Source: Spirochaetia bacterium (GTDB taxonomy: Bacteria; Spirochaetota; Spirochaetia; DSM-27196; Salinispiraceae). Taken from it: 64,000 nt of DNA. Every line of letters begins with the position of its first letter. Within the stretch, counting starts at the first letter, position 1. This document shows, in pieces, positions 37,453-47,738 of the stretch. Location of the stretch: positions 128,001 to 192,000 of the forward strand of contig JBBRCZ010000001.1 of assembly GCA_038204425.1 (NCBI GenBank). The letters run 5' to 3'. Made by a program: the position numbers and the translations under genes. The notes below the pieces were generated by a model. It had not been told where the DNA came from, did not search any database, and saw only the letters and a list, made by a program, of their open reading frames with translations.

Positions 37453-39290
37453 TTGTGGCCATGAAACACTTGACGGTCTTGGCAATTGCAGGTCAAAAAA
37501 AACAAGCAGTGCGTGACCTTGAGCAGCTTGGCGTATTGCACGTCGAGATCAATGCCGTTACCAGCAATGATATTGAGGTGCTCAAGCAAAAAGAATCCCA
37601 GTACCGACAAGTAATTGCCCTAATCGTTCAAAACTCGCCTAAAAAGCCAAAAAAGCCTAGTGCCGTTGAGCAGAAATTTGATGATCTGGACTTGGAAATT
37701 GTTGAACTACTAAAGCGAGGCGAGGCTCTAAAGAACGCGCGAGATGCAAACGAAAGAGTTGTCAAAGAAGTCGAACGACTTTCTGCATGGGGACAGTTTG
37801 ATCCAAAGACCTTGTCTTTTTTAAAAGAAAAAGGCTTTGAGCTTACTCTTGCCGTCCTAAGTGCGAGCGATGAGAAGCAGATAAAGGGGCAGGCCACTAA
37901 TCTCATCGTGGGCCGTCCAAAAGGTAAGCTTCTAATTGCAAATCTTGATAGTGGCCTGACCTTGCCAGTGCAAGCTGAGCGCGTTGTGTATCCTGAGCTT
38001 TCGCTCAACGAATTTACAGCGCTTGATGCCCAACAAAAAATAGAGATGAAACAAATCCAAGCTGAGATAGCCTCAAAATCAGCTATCATCCCGCACCTTG
38101 AAGCACGCATTGATGCAAATGAGCATTTGCTTGTGGTAGCCAGTGTGGAAGCGAGCTTGGACTCTCAGGAAAAATTGGTGCTCGCTTCTGGTTTTATGCC
38201 AGTCACCAAAGTGGATTTGGTAAAGGCTTGGGCTCATGAGAAAGCTTGGGGTATAGTTCTGCGCGATCCAATAGCTGGAGAAAGAGTTCCAACTGTACTT
38301 AAGAACAAAAAACCTTTTGGGTTGATTAAACCTGTCTTGGATTTTCTTGGTACTTTGCCGGGATATGAAGAGCGAGATATAAGCCCCTATTTTCTTCTAT
38401 TCATGATCATTTTCTTTGCGATGATTATTGGGGACGCGGTCTATGGCTTGTTGCTTCTGGGCATATCGATTCTTGTGGCTATCAAAAGCATTTTTTCCAG
38501 AAAGCCAGTTCCAGCGGCCATCAAGCTCTTGGCAGTCTTTAGTGTTGCCACTACCATTTGGGGGGCAATGAACGGAACATGGCTTGGTTTGGAGTCGGTA
38601 AAGCAAATACCGTTCTTTAACTACTTTATGATTCCCGCCTTCGTTAGCCCAGAGACAGGAACACGTACTTTGATGTTCTTATGTTTTACGATTGGCTTGG
38701 TTCATTTGACCTTGGCACATCTACTTAAGTTCATCAGGGAAATCAGGCGGGCGCCTCATATCCACGCCTTGGCCCAAATTGGGTGGACCTTGGTGATAAA
38801 TGCCTCATTTTTCTTAGTGCTTAGTGTAGTTATTGACCCGAAGCTCTATCCAGTTCCTGTTTTTGTGCCTTGGTTTATTGGTATAGGGATGGGACTAGTT
38901 TTTCTTTTTGAAAGCCAAACCGGTGATGGGTTCTTTAAGGGCGTCCTACGAGCCTTTGGGGGAGTTATTACCACCGCACTCAACGGAGTAAGTGCCTTTG
39001 CTGATGTGATTAGCTATGTGAGGCTGTTTGCAGTGGGGCTTGCCGGAATTGCTATTGAAACTAGTTTCAATAGTATGGCAGCTCCAATGCTCAATAGTGG
39101 TGATGCCGCGGTGATTGGGGGTGTTTTAATCATGCTCTTCGGTCATAGTCTCAATTTGGTGATGGGTGCACTCTCGGTCATCGTCCATGGAATAAGGTTG
39201 AATATGCTGGAGTTTTCTAACCACATTGGACTTGAGTGGTCGGGATTCAACTACAAACCCTTTAAGGAAGCTGGCGCAGAAAAATCTTGA
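37449..39290 (+). CDS. V/A-type ATP synthase subunit I (a)
   Basis: P.Y.E.D, FFAMIIGDAVYG, DVISYVRLFAVGL, HGIRLNMLEF, Y.PF. Confidence 0.95.
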   Translation: MIVAMKHLTVLAIAGQKKQAVRDLEQLGVLHVEINAVTSNDIEVLKQKESQYRQVIALIVQNSPKKPKKPSAVEQKFDDLDLEIVELLKRGEALKNARDANERVVKEVERLSAWGQFDPKTLSFLKEKGFELTLAVLSASDEKQIKGQATNLIVGRPKGKLLIANLDSGLTLPVQAERVVYPELSLNEFTALDAQQKIEMKQIQAEIASKSAIIPHLEARIDANEHLLVVASVEASLDSQEKLVLASGFMPVTKVDLVKAWAHEKAWGIVLRDPIAGERVPTVLKNKKPFGLIKPVLDFLGTLPGYEERDISPYFLLFMIIFFAMIIGDAVYGLLLLGISILVAIKSIFSRKPVPAAIKLLAVFSVATTIWGAMNGTWLGLESVKQIPFFNYFMIPAFVSPETGTRTLMFLCFTIGLVHLTLAHLLKFIREIRRAPHIHALAQIGWTLVINASFFLVLSVVIDPKLYPVPVFVPWFIGIGMGLVFLFESQTGDGFFKGVLRAFGGVITTALNGVSAFADVISYVRLFAVGLAGIAIETSFNSMAAPMLNSGDAAVIGGVLIMLFGHSLNLVMGALSVIVHGIRLNMLEFSNHIGLEWSGFNYKPFKEAGAEKS

Positions 39291-39327
39291 TTATAGTAGT
39301 CAAAAGAATCAAAAAAGGAGATCGAAG

Positions 39328-39759
39328 ATGGATTTTGGTAACATCGGTGTAGGCGCGGTACTTGCTATCGCAGCTGTTGGTTCGGCTTTGGGTGTTGGAG
39401 CTGCAGGACAAGCAGCAATTGGTGCTTGGAAAAAGTGCTATTTGCAAAACAGAAACGCTCCATTTCTCTTGGTGGCATTCGTTGGTGCCCCACTCACGCA
39501 AACAATTTACGGTTTCATTTTGATGAATACCATGAAAGCCGCTGTAGGCAAGGTTGATTCGTGGCTATTGCTTGGGGCAGGAGTACTTGGCGGTATAGCT
39601 ATTGCTTCGTCCGCTTATTTCCAAGGAAAAGCCGGTGCTGTAGCGTCCGATGCCTTGGCCGAAACAGGCAAGGGATTCGGAAACTATATTCTGGTACTTG
39701 GACTTGCAGAAACGATTGCCTTGTTCGTCATGGTTTTTGTTATGCAATTACTTGGATAA
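39328..39759 (+). CDS. V/A-type ATP synthase subunit K (4-TM proteolipid)
   Basis: GSALG.G.AG, PLTQTIYG, SAYFQG, ETIALF; ATG 39328 follows AAGGAG. Confidence 0.95.
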   Translation: MDFGNIGVGAVLAIAAVGSALGVGAAGQAAIGAWKKCYLQNRNAPFLLVAFVGAPLTQTIYGFILMNTMKAAVGKVDSWLLLGAGVLGGIAIASSAYFQGKAGAVASDALAETGKGFGNYILVLGLAETIALFVMVFVMQLLG

Positions 39760-39779
39760 AAGATTTTTTTGAGAGACAT

Positions 39780-39816
39780 TGGCAGCGGATCTAGCAGGTC
39801 CGTTGCCATTTTTTTT
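39780..39816 (+). terminator. Rho-independent terminator of the V-ATPase operon
   Basis: TGGCAGCGGATCT/AGGTCCGTTGCCA stem followed by 8 T. Confidence 0.85.
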
Positions 39817-39849
39817 GTGATTGACCAAAAAGATACCGATAATCAGCGT

Positions 39850-41214
39850 ATGTTTTTTTCTAATTCTAAACTTAGAAAACTAGTCCTGCTTTTTGGACTG
39901 GTGTTTTTTTTACAAACCTTTTTCTTGGGCTCTTTGTTTGCGCAATCCGTATCTGCGCGAAGCAGTGGAGCGGTTGGCATCGACAGCTTAATCAATGAGG
40001 GAAATAGAGACCAACTTTTGACTAGTCTCAAGGATAAACCTGGTCCACTACTTCTATCCCTTGGTCGTAAAGCAAGGCAAGAGGGTAAGTTTTCCGATAG
40101 CATACTTTATTTTAAGGCATCACTTAGGTCTGAATATGGGGAAAGACGATTTGAAGAAGAGCTGCAAGCAACAGTCGCAGAGGTAAACAAGATCCTGAAA
40201 ATCGAAGTCCGTCAAACGCTTGTATCTTATTTGGACGCTAAAAGCAAACAGTCGATAGAGCTTACCTTAAGAGACAGCAATGTGGATCCGGGGGCATACA
40301 AAAAAAGGTTTGAACTTCAAATCAGATTGTTCTTTACGAGAGCTTTGCCCAATGAACTTCGGCGCGGTCTTTTTGAGAGTGCAGGCAGACACCTAAACGC
40401 TGAACTAAAAAAGAAGTTTCCAAAGAATCCAATGAAGTTTTTTGGAAATCAGGGCAGGTACTATATAGAAGGCTACTTTAATAGTGAGTACCCTAGCATT
40501 CTTCCTATGGCTCACTTTGAGCTGGCTAGTCTATACAAAGAATACAAAGATTTCATCTTAGCTGACTTTCATTTTAAGCAAGCGCTCGACTACCGTGCCT
40601 ATTTTGAAGTTCCGGAAACGGTTTACTCAGCTTGGTATAAATTGGCCGAAATGAGCCGATTTTCTGGAAAAGCAAATGACTACGAAAAGTATCTTAGGCA
40701 GATAGTAGCAGCAGATAGAGACTATTTTGATTCAGAAGGAAGAGAAACAACTACACAAAAGGTAATTTTGCGCTCGTTTCGCATGGGTAGCCAAGGATTG
40801 GACAAAGTAGTTCAACTCTATCGAATTAAGGATGATTTTAGCAGGGATGCACACAGACTGCTTGGCTTGCTCTATTTGGAACGAAATAGTAGTGAGCAGG
40901 CCTTGCCCCATCTGCTGTTTGCGGTAATTAAACCCTTGTCGAGAATAATTGATGAAGTCAAACAAGAAGTCTATGGTTTCCAATTTAGAGATCTAAGTCA
41001 ACTCTTTTTAGAGATTTCTGACTATCCAGACTTGCTCGAATATGTTAGCCAAGCGCATCTATATGAAGCTTTGTATGCCCTTGCTGTGACTAGTTATGCT
41101 TATGAGCGCAAATTGCTCAACGTGTCTAAATCTATCTTGAGTTTTTTGGCAAATCAGCCTTCGGCAGGAAACCATTCAATCAACGCTCGGGAAGTACTAA
41201 AACAGTTCAGATAG
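39850..41214 (+). CDS. Exported helical (TPR-like) hypothetical protein
   Basis: Signal peptide ending LFAQ; helical repeats (AHFELASLY...A..HFKQAL, AHRLLGLLY); start moved to ATG 39850 (TTGTGA-17-GATAAT-6-ATG). Confidence 0.7.
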   Translation: MFFSNSKLRKLVLLFGLVFFLQTFFLGSLFAQSVSARSSGAVGIDSLINEGNRDQLLTSLKDKPGPLLLSLGRKARQEGKFSDSILYFKASLRSEYGERRFEEELQATVAEVNKILKIEVRQTLVSYLDAKSKQSIELTLRDSNVDPGAYKKRFELQIRLFFTRALPNELRRGLFESAGRHLNAELKKKFPKNPMKFFGNQGRYYIEGYFNSEYPSILPMAHFELASLYKEYKDFILADFHFKQALDYRAYFEVPETVYSAWYKLAEMSRFSGKANDYEKYLRQIVAADRDYFDSEGRETTTQKVILRSFRMGSQGLDKVVQLYRIKDDFSRDAHRLLGLLYLERNSSEQALPHLLFAVIKPLSRIIDEVKQEVYGFQFRDLSQLFLEISDYPDLLEYVSQAHLYEALYALAVTSYAYERKLLNVSKSILSFLANQPSAGNHSINAREVLKQFR

Positions 41215-41298
41215 TTGGTTCCTTTAAGGTGCTATTGCCGCCCAACAGGTGGTTTACGACTTGCAATAAGCCAACCTTTGGCATAATTTTATGCGACA

Positions 41299-44133
41299 AT
41301 GCAAGATAAAATTGTAATTAAGGGTGCGCGTGTACACAACCTAAAAAATATTGACCTGGAGCTTCCGAGAGACTCATTGATTGTTATCTCCGGTTTGTCG
41401 GGTAGTGGCAAATCTTCTTTGGCCTTTGACACCATTTACGCTGAAGGCCAACGTCGTTATGTTGAGTCATTGTCAGCTTATGCTCGGCAGTTTTTGGGCT
41501 TAATGGACAAACCAGACGTTGATTCCATCGAAGGCCTTTCTCCAGCTATTTCTATTGAACAGAAAACTACCAATCGAAATCCCCGCTCAACGGTTGGAAC
41601 CATAACCGAGGTTTATGACTATTTCCGCTTACTTTTTGCTCGTATTGGTGTACCACATGATCCGATTAGCGGAAAAGTCATCGACAAACAAAGTATCGAT
41701 CAAATCGTTAACACGGTTATGGACCTAAAAGAAAGTATTAAACTTTCGATTTTTTCTCCGGTAATCCGTGGGAAGAAAGGGCAGCATCTGAAGATCTTTG
41801 AGGATGCCAAAAAAGGCGGCTTTTCCAAAGTTAGGGTCAATGGAAAAGTTTTGGACTTAGAAGAGACGCCTGAGCTAGAAAAACAGCAGAAACATACCAT
41901 AGAAATTGTCATAGATAGGATAGTAAAAAAACAAGAGAACAGATCCAGGATTGCGGAATCACTTGAGACGGCGCTCGAACTGTCAGGTGGTTTGGTCATT
42001 ATTTTAATTAGTGATTCTGAAAATGAGTACGAGCGTTCTTTCTCCGAGAAGTACTATTATCCTGATAGCAATACGGCATTCCCAGACTTGGAACCAAGAC
42101 TGTTTTCGTTCAACAGTCCTTTTGGCGCTTGTAAAGCGTGTTCTGGACTGGGGATCACGCTTGAATTTGACCGCGATTTAATCATGCCTGACGCAAGTCT
42201 TTCCTTTAACGAAGGTGCACTTTTGCCTTACAATCCAAGTGCTCAGTGGAATCGAAGCAAGTTTGAGGCTTTGGCAAAACGTTACGGTTTTAGTTTAAAT
42301 GAACCGCTCGCGGATCTTCCTAAACACCTGCTGGATATAATTTTTGACGGCAGTGGTGAGAGTATTGATGTCAGCTATGTTAACAAGGCACAGACCGGCA
42401 AGTACGAGTTTAGTAGCGTATGGGAAGGCATCAATGGTGATCTTCAAAGGCGATACAAAGAAAGTAGCTCAGATGGCATCAAGGAATGGCTAGAAGCCTA
42501 TATGAGTCAAAAGGCCTGCCCATCTTGCAATGGCAAGAGGCTGATTCCAGAAGTGCTTGCGATTACTATTGAGGGACGCAGTATCCACGATCTAACTAGC
42601 TTAAGTATTAGAGATTCGCTACAGTTCTTTAGCGATCTTTCTTTAACAGGGGTCAACGAAGAGATAGCCAGACCAATACTAAAAGAGGTGCATGCTCGGC
42701 TTGGTTTTTTGTCCAGTGTGGGACTGGACTACCTTACCCTTGACCGTATGGCATCGACCTTGTCTGGTGGAGAGGCCCAACGAATTCGTTTAGCCACTCA
42801 AATAGGTAGCGCTCTGGTTGGAGTGCTTTACGTTTTGGATGAACCATCAATTGGACTTCACCAACGAGACAATGAAAAACTGATCGAGACCCTTATAAAG
42901 CTGAGGAACCTTGGCAACACTTTGGTTGTAGTAGAACACGATGAGCAAACCTTACGCATGGCAGATTACATCGTGGACTTGGGACCAGGGGCAGGTGTAC
43001 ATGGTGGATCTATTGTCGCCAGTGGAAGTCCCGCTCAGATAATGAAGAATCCAAAAAGCTTAACAGGGCAGTATCTGAACGGTGCCCTCAATTTCCCTAA
43101 ACGACCAGCTCAGCGCAAAGGAAATGGCAAAAACCTTACCATCATTGGTGCACGTGAACACAACTTAAAGAACATAAGCGTTAGCTTTCCACTGGGCACT
43201 TTGTCGGTCATCACCGGCGTGTCGGGTTCAGGCAAATCGACACTGCTTTCTGACATCCTCTATCCGTCAATTGCCAATGGACTCAACCGTTCAAATCATA
43301 GGGTCGGAGACTGCGACGGAATCCAAGGTGCCGAACACATAGACAAGATAATCAACGTGGATCAAAGTCCGATAGGTAGAACCCCACGGTCTAATCCGGC
43401 CACTTATGTGGGGCTATTTGGTCCAATTCGCGACCTTTTTGCTAGTTTGCCAGACGCTAAAACACGCGGCTTTAAGCCTGGTCGGTTTTCCTTTAATGTT
43501 AAGGGCGGTCGTTGCGAAAATTGTGAAGGTGCCGGCACAATAAAAATAGAGATGCATTTTTTGCCGGACATCTACGTGACTTGTGATGTTTGTGGCGGCA
43601 AGCGATTCAACCGTGAGACATTGGAAGTCCGTTACAAGGGAAAAAATATCTACGAGGTTCTTGAGATGTCGATAGAGGAAGCCAGCCAATTTTTTGCTGC
43701 CATACCATCGGCTTCCAACAAACTCAAGACTTTGTGTGAGGTTGGACTTGAGTATATAAAAGTAGGGCAGTCGGCACTAACCTTGTCAGGGGGTGAGGCT
43801 CAAAGAGTCAAACTGTCGTTAGAACTGGCAAAACGTTCCACGGGTAAAACGCTCTACATTCTGGATGAACCCACTACAGGTTTACATTTTGCTGATGTAA
43901 AAAAACTAATGGAAGTCTTGCAGGCCTTGGTAGACAAAGGAAATTCCGTCATACTCATAGAACACAACCTAGATGTGATTTCTCAATGCGACTACATCGT
44001 AGATCTAGGCCCAGAAGGTGGTGATAAGGGTGGCGAAATTATAGTATGCGGAAGTCCTGCCATTGTTTCAGCAAATCTTCAGTCCTATACAGGTTATTAT
44101 CTCAAGGAACTAATGGATCGCGTCCAACAATGA
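41299..44133 (+). CDS. uvrA: Excinuclease ABC subunit A
   Basis: GARVHNLKNI, two Walker A motifs (GLSGSGKSS, GVSGSGKST), EGQRRYVESLS, two LSGGEAQR. Confidence 0.98.
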   Translation: MQDKIVIKGARVHNLKNIDLELPRDSLIVISGLSGSGKSSLAFDTIYAEGQRRYVESLSAYARQFLGLMDKPDVDSIEGLSPAISIEQKTTNRNPRSTVGTITEVYDYFRLLFARIGVPHDPISGKVIDKQSIDQIVNTVMDLKESIKLSIFSPVIRGKKGQHLKIFEDAKKGGFSKVRVNGKVLDLEETPELEKQQKHTIEIVIDRIVKKQENRSRIAESLETALELSGGLVIILISDSENEYERSFSEKYYYPDSNTAFPDLEPRLFSFNSPFGACKACSGLGITLEFDRDLIMPDASLSFNEGALLPYNPSAQWNRSKFEALAKRYGFSLNEPLADLPKHLLDIIFDGSGESIDVSYVNKAQTGKYEFSSVWEGINGDLQRRYKESSSDGIKEWLEAYMSQKACPSCNGKRLIPEVLAITIEGRSIHDLTSLSIRDSLQFFSDLSLTGVNEEIARPILKEVHARLGFLSSVGLDYLTLDRMASTLSGGEAQRIRLATQIGSALVGVLYVLDEPSIGLHQRDNEKLIETLIKLRNLGNTLVVVEHDEQTLRMADYIVDLGPGAGVHGGSIVASGSPAQIMKNPKSLTGQYLNGALNFPKRPAQRKGNGKNLTIIGAREHNLKNISVSFPLGTLSVITGVSGSGKSTLLSDILYPSIANGLNRSNHRVGDCDGIQGAEHIDKIINVDQSPIGRTPRSNPATYVGLFGPIRDLFASLPDAKTRGFKPGRFSFNVKGGRCENCEGAGTIKIEMHFLPDIYVTCDVCGGKRFNRETLEVRYKGKNIYEVLEMSIEEASQFFAAIPSASNKLKTLCEVGLEYIKVGQSALTLSGGEAQRVKLSLELAKRSTGKTLYILDEPTTGLHFADVKKLMEVLQALVDKGNSVILIEHNLDVISQCDYIVDLGPEGGDKGGEIIVCGSPAIVSANLQSYTGYYLKELMDRVQQ

Positions 44134-47100
44134 CAAAGCCTCTGGCATTTTTCGTCTGGACGATATTTTTACTATTTGCGTACCATCTACCGCTCTATGC
44201 CCAAACAACAGGTACTCAAGCTCCCACAGTAAGCACTACGAGCACGTCTATTCTGAGTGCCGCATCCCAGAACAAACCCGGTTCACTCTACAGCGACTTT
44301 GTCCTTCAAGACATTGAAACATCACGAATTGAGGAACTTTCTCAATGGGCTATACAGCTTGGCCTTTCCTCCAAGGGTGGTATTGCTGAATTACGAGCAA
44401 AACTTGTTGATTACTATAGAAACCTGCAAAAAGAAGCCCAGGATCTAAAGGCAGCCGAAGCTGGTGTGGATGCAGCAATAATTGGTTCAACAACTATTCC
44501 AGTGCCAAATAATCAAGAAAACTCAACGGCCCGCGCAGAAAAGAACATCAGCATAAAAATTGAGCGCTCTGGTAGTGCGGAGTATTTTTCTATGGAATCG
44601 ACAGGCGACGATCTGGTTCGATTGTCATCGGGTGTTTCGCTAGTGCTGCGAGACAATGCAGATGGACTTGAGCATAAAATTTCGGCTGACGAAATTACCA
44701 TAAATAGAAAAACCAAGGAGCTAAACGCTCGTGGACAGGTAGTTTATCAACAAGGTACTCAGACCTTTACCGGTGAGGAAATGCTGTTTTTTCCTGACAA
44801 TCAAAACACAATTTTTATTGACGCAACGGGTGAACGCGGCCAAAGTCTAAGTGGAGCCACGGCAACTTTTCGCATAAAAGGACACGTGCTCAATCGATTG
44901 CTCAAAGAAATTATTGTATTGGAAGATGCCTACTTAAGTTCTAGTAAGGTCAATCCAGACGCTTATCGTATAACGGCGAATAAAATTTGGATTCTATCAT
45001 CAGGGGAGTGGGCAATAGACAGCATGATCCTTTATGTAGGCAATATTCCTGTCTTCTACTTTCCCTTCTTCTATATGCCACCAGATGAGTTAGTGTTTCA
45101 TCCGGCAATTGGCACCAAGTCAATAGAAGGTTGGTCGCTTCAAACCACATGGTATATTTTTGGCAAAAAGCCCGAGTCAAAAAAACCCTTGTCGTTTCTC
45201 AATTTGGACTTTGATGACAACAAAGACTATGACTTGGTGCCGCGTGGCCTTTTTCTCAAACGCGTTCCCAAAAAAAATACCTTGGCTGCCAGTCAAGCAA
45301 ATAGCCAGCCTGGCAGTCAACTAGTTGCCAGTAATCTCAAGTTTATGTTGGACTACTACACACGGCTCGGGTTTTTTGTTGGCATGAACCTAAACTCCAA
45401 AGGCGATGTATTTAGTACTTTAGACATCGACTTGGGCTTTGCTTTTTCCCGTAGAATTTTTGCTGGCCCAGGCGGGTACACGTCGTTCTACCAAGATCCC
45501 AATACCTTGGAGTTTAAGGAATATTGGGACAAGGGCTATTTCGCCGGACAGGAGCTTCCGTTTCGGTATTTTTTGGACGTTAGAACGGGTATTGTGATCA
45601 AAGGACTCAACAACGCAACAATTTCAGTTAATTTACCACTACGAAGTGACCCATATGTAATTGATGATTTTCTTAAGGGCAGAGCCGAGGATATTGACTG
45701 GCAAGGCTTGCTAAATATCGATACAACAACGGTAGAACTTGCAAGTACACCACTGCAAATTAGTAATTCTGATCCTGTTTTTAAGATATCAAGCACCACA
45801 TTAGATATTCCAGTTGCCGGATTAAATCCAATAGTTAATAAGCTAAGCATTAACAGCCCAGAGTTAAACTGGGCTTGGAAACAAATTAGTGTACCAAGCG
45901 CAGAAATAGATCCTGAAATACTTGCATCTTACAATCCAACGGAAGCGGCGTTCTACGCACCTAGTTTACTCACCTTGCCAAGTTTTTCACTGACACTCGC
46001 TGGAAAGCTATTGAAGTTGCCCTACCAAAAGCCGCTACCCGTGCTTGATAGTTCAAAACGAGAAGCCGTACCTTATTTGGCACCGGGGAAGAGTTTTGCT
46101 GACTTAGGAACGGCTATTGATGCTACTAGTGAATCAGGTGCGCAATCACAAATTAGCGCGTCTCAAGAAGACTTATCTGAGCAAAACGACGAGAAACTTG
46201 ATAAACTTCAAGTAGCAGAAAAGCTAACCATAGCTAGCTCTAGTTCAACTTTGGATCAAATTTCTCTGGATTTGGACTATGCTTTCACACCCGGTTTTAA
46301 ACTCTTGGCCGACTTTCCTCTAAAAAACAACACAAGTCCTCTTTCTGCTGAGTATTTGATTGAGAAGTGGAGTTACGAACTAGTCTCCAGTGGGTCGCTA
46401 AGCCTAGGATTTAGTTTGCCTTATCGAATAGTTTCATACAAGGGCAGTTTGGGTTTGACAAGCAGTCAAAGGGAGTTTTTTGCGCCTGATTCTACGATTA
46501 CCAATGCGGAACTACTCGCCTTTACTAAATCCGATTTTGACAGGCGCTTTTTAAATGTAACACAAAACAATCGAATAGACGTAAACCCTTTTACACTTAT
46601 ACCAGAACTGGCCAGTTCTAGTATTTACTATGATTTTAACTACACTGTATTAAAACAACGTTATCAGGAGACCTCAGTTAGCAATTGGACAGTCGAAGAC
46701 ACGTGGTTTGCTTGGCAACCGGCTTTCATAAGCACCCATACGTTAGGACTATCACTTGTTCTAAATAGTGGTTTGATAAGCAGTGACATAACTACGTCGT
46801 ATTCCTTGCCGCCACTTGCCGAAACATGGAGCTATGGTTTCAACTTTAGTCTTAAGACAAGCCCTGCTTCAAGAGATTGGCTAAAGACCGGGTTCTCGGG
46901 CTCAGTATTGTCGCCGAGTAGCGACTGGCAAGCACAAGCTATCAACTTCTTGGCAAATTTCACCATTTTAGACGACTTTTATCTGAACAACACCCTTACC
47001 TATACCCCTGCTTTGGATAAGGTCAGCGCTTTAAACAATACGCTTAAGATTGGACCATTGAACGTAGCATTAGAATCAACCTTGTCCCAGCGGCAGGGCT

Positions 47101-47714
47101 ACGATTACACACGCAATCCACCTGACTGGGCCAACTTAGATCCTGTCGCGATTCTACAACCAAGCAAAATAACGACCAACTTGAGCTTGTTGATTACTCC
47201 TCCTGATTTGTGGGAAGGAAGAATCAGGCAGGAGAAGCTTGAGTTTAATGTTGCTTACACCCAAAATCTTTTGCGGGTAACTGAAAACCTAATTTTTTCT
47301 TATTCTTTGAATTACAGTATCAAGGTCTTTGAGGCGTTCGATTTTTCGTTTGCGCTTACGGGAGGAAACAGAAATTTCTACCGCTACTTCCCCGGTTTTG
47401 CGGAAACCATTGGGGTTGCACCACTCAATTTCCTTGAAGATTTGTGGAAAGGCATCAATATTTTTGATAGTGAAGGATTGCAGGAAACCTCGTTTAAGCT
47501 CAACTCAATCTTGGTTTCGCTAACCCATAATGTCGGAGATTGGTACGTAAAGTTGACGCTAAACACCAAGCCTCTTTTGGAAACTATCAATGGTGGAAGC
47601 GCCTATATTTGGGATTCAAGCGTTAGTCTATTTATTATTTGGAGTCCAATTGAAGAAATTAAAAAGAAATTTGAAATCAAAAAAGACGTTTGGAGAGATG
47701 TAAGTGGTACTTGA
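44130..47714 (+). CDS. Large LptD-like outer-membrane protein (spirochete type)
   Basis: ATG overlaps the uvrA stop; signal peptide; beta-jellyroll-like N-terminal part (ISADEI.IN......A.G.V.Y; Y.I.A.KIW; LYVG.IPVFYFPF); long aromatic beta-rich C-terminal part. Confidence 0.72.
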   Translation: MTKPLAFFVWTIFLLFAYHLPLYAQTTGTQAPTVSTTSTSILSAASQNKPGSLYSDFVLQDIETSRIEELSQWAIQLGLSSKGGIAELRAKLVDYYRNLQKEAQDLKAAEAGVDAAIIGSTTIPVPNNQENSTARAEKNISIKIERSGSAEYFSMESTGDDLVRLSSGVSLVLRDNADGLEHKISADEITINRKTKELNARGQVVYQQGTQTFTGEEMLFFPDNQNTIFIDATGERGQSLSGATATFRIKGHVLNRLLKEIIVLEDAYLSSSKVNPDAYRITANKIWILSSGEWAIDSMILYVGNIPVFYFPFFYMPPDELVFHPAIGTKSIEGWSLQTTWYIFGKKPESKKPLSFLNLDFDDNKDYDLVPRGLFLKRVPKKNTLAASQANSQPGSQLVASNLKFMLDYYTRLGFFVGMNLNSKGDVFSTLDIDLGFAFSRRIFAGPGGYTSFYQDPNTLEFKEYWDKGYFAGQELPFRYFLDVRTGIVIKGLNNATISVNLPLRSDPYVIDDFLKGRAEDIDWQGLLNIDTTTVELASTPLQISNSDPVFKISSTTLDIPVAGLNPIVNKLSINSPELNWAWKQISVPSAEIDPEILASYNPTEAAFYAPSLLTLPSFSLTLAGKLLKLPYQKPLPVLDSSKREAVPYLAPGKSFADLGTAIDATSESGAQSQISASQEDLSEQNDEKLDKLQVAEKLTIASSSSTLDQISLDLDYAFTPGFKLLADFPLKNNTSPLSAEYLIEKWSYELVSSGSLSLGFSLPYRIVSYKGSLGLTSSQREFFAPDSTITNAELLAFTKSDFDRRFLNVTQNNRIDVNPFTLIPELASSSIYYDFNYTVLKQRYQETSVSNWTVEDTWFAWQPAFISTHTLGLSLVLNSGLISSDITTSYSLPPLAETWSYGFNFSLKTSPASRDWLKTGFSGSVLSPSSDWQAQAINFLANFTILDDFYLNNTLTYTPALDKVSALNNTLKIGPLNVALESTLSQRQGYDYTRNPPDWANLDPVAILQPSKITTNLSLLITPPDLWEGRIRQEKLEFNVAYTQNLLRVTENLIFSYSLNYSIKVFEAFDFSFALTGGNRNFYRYFPGFAETIGVAPLNFLEDLWKGINIFDSEGLQETSFKLNSILVSLTHNVGDWYVKLTLNTKPLLETINGGSAYIWDSSVSLFIIWSPIEEIKKKFEIKKDVWRDVSGT

Positions 47715-47738
47715 GACCAATAAGAAATCGAGGAAACA

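Noticed and set aside
41278..41294. Sigma54-like TTGGCAT...TGC or an SOS box upstream of uvrA
   Set aside because: GG-to-GC spacing is 11 rather than the obligatory 10, and I could not identify a LexA-type palindrome.
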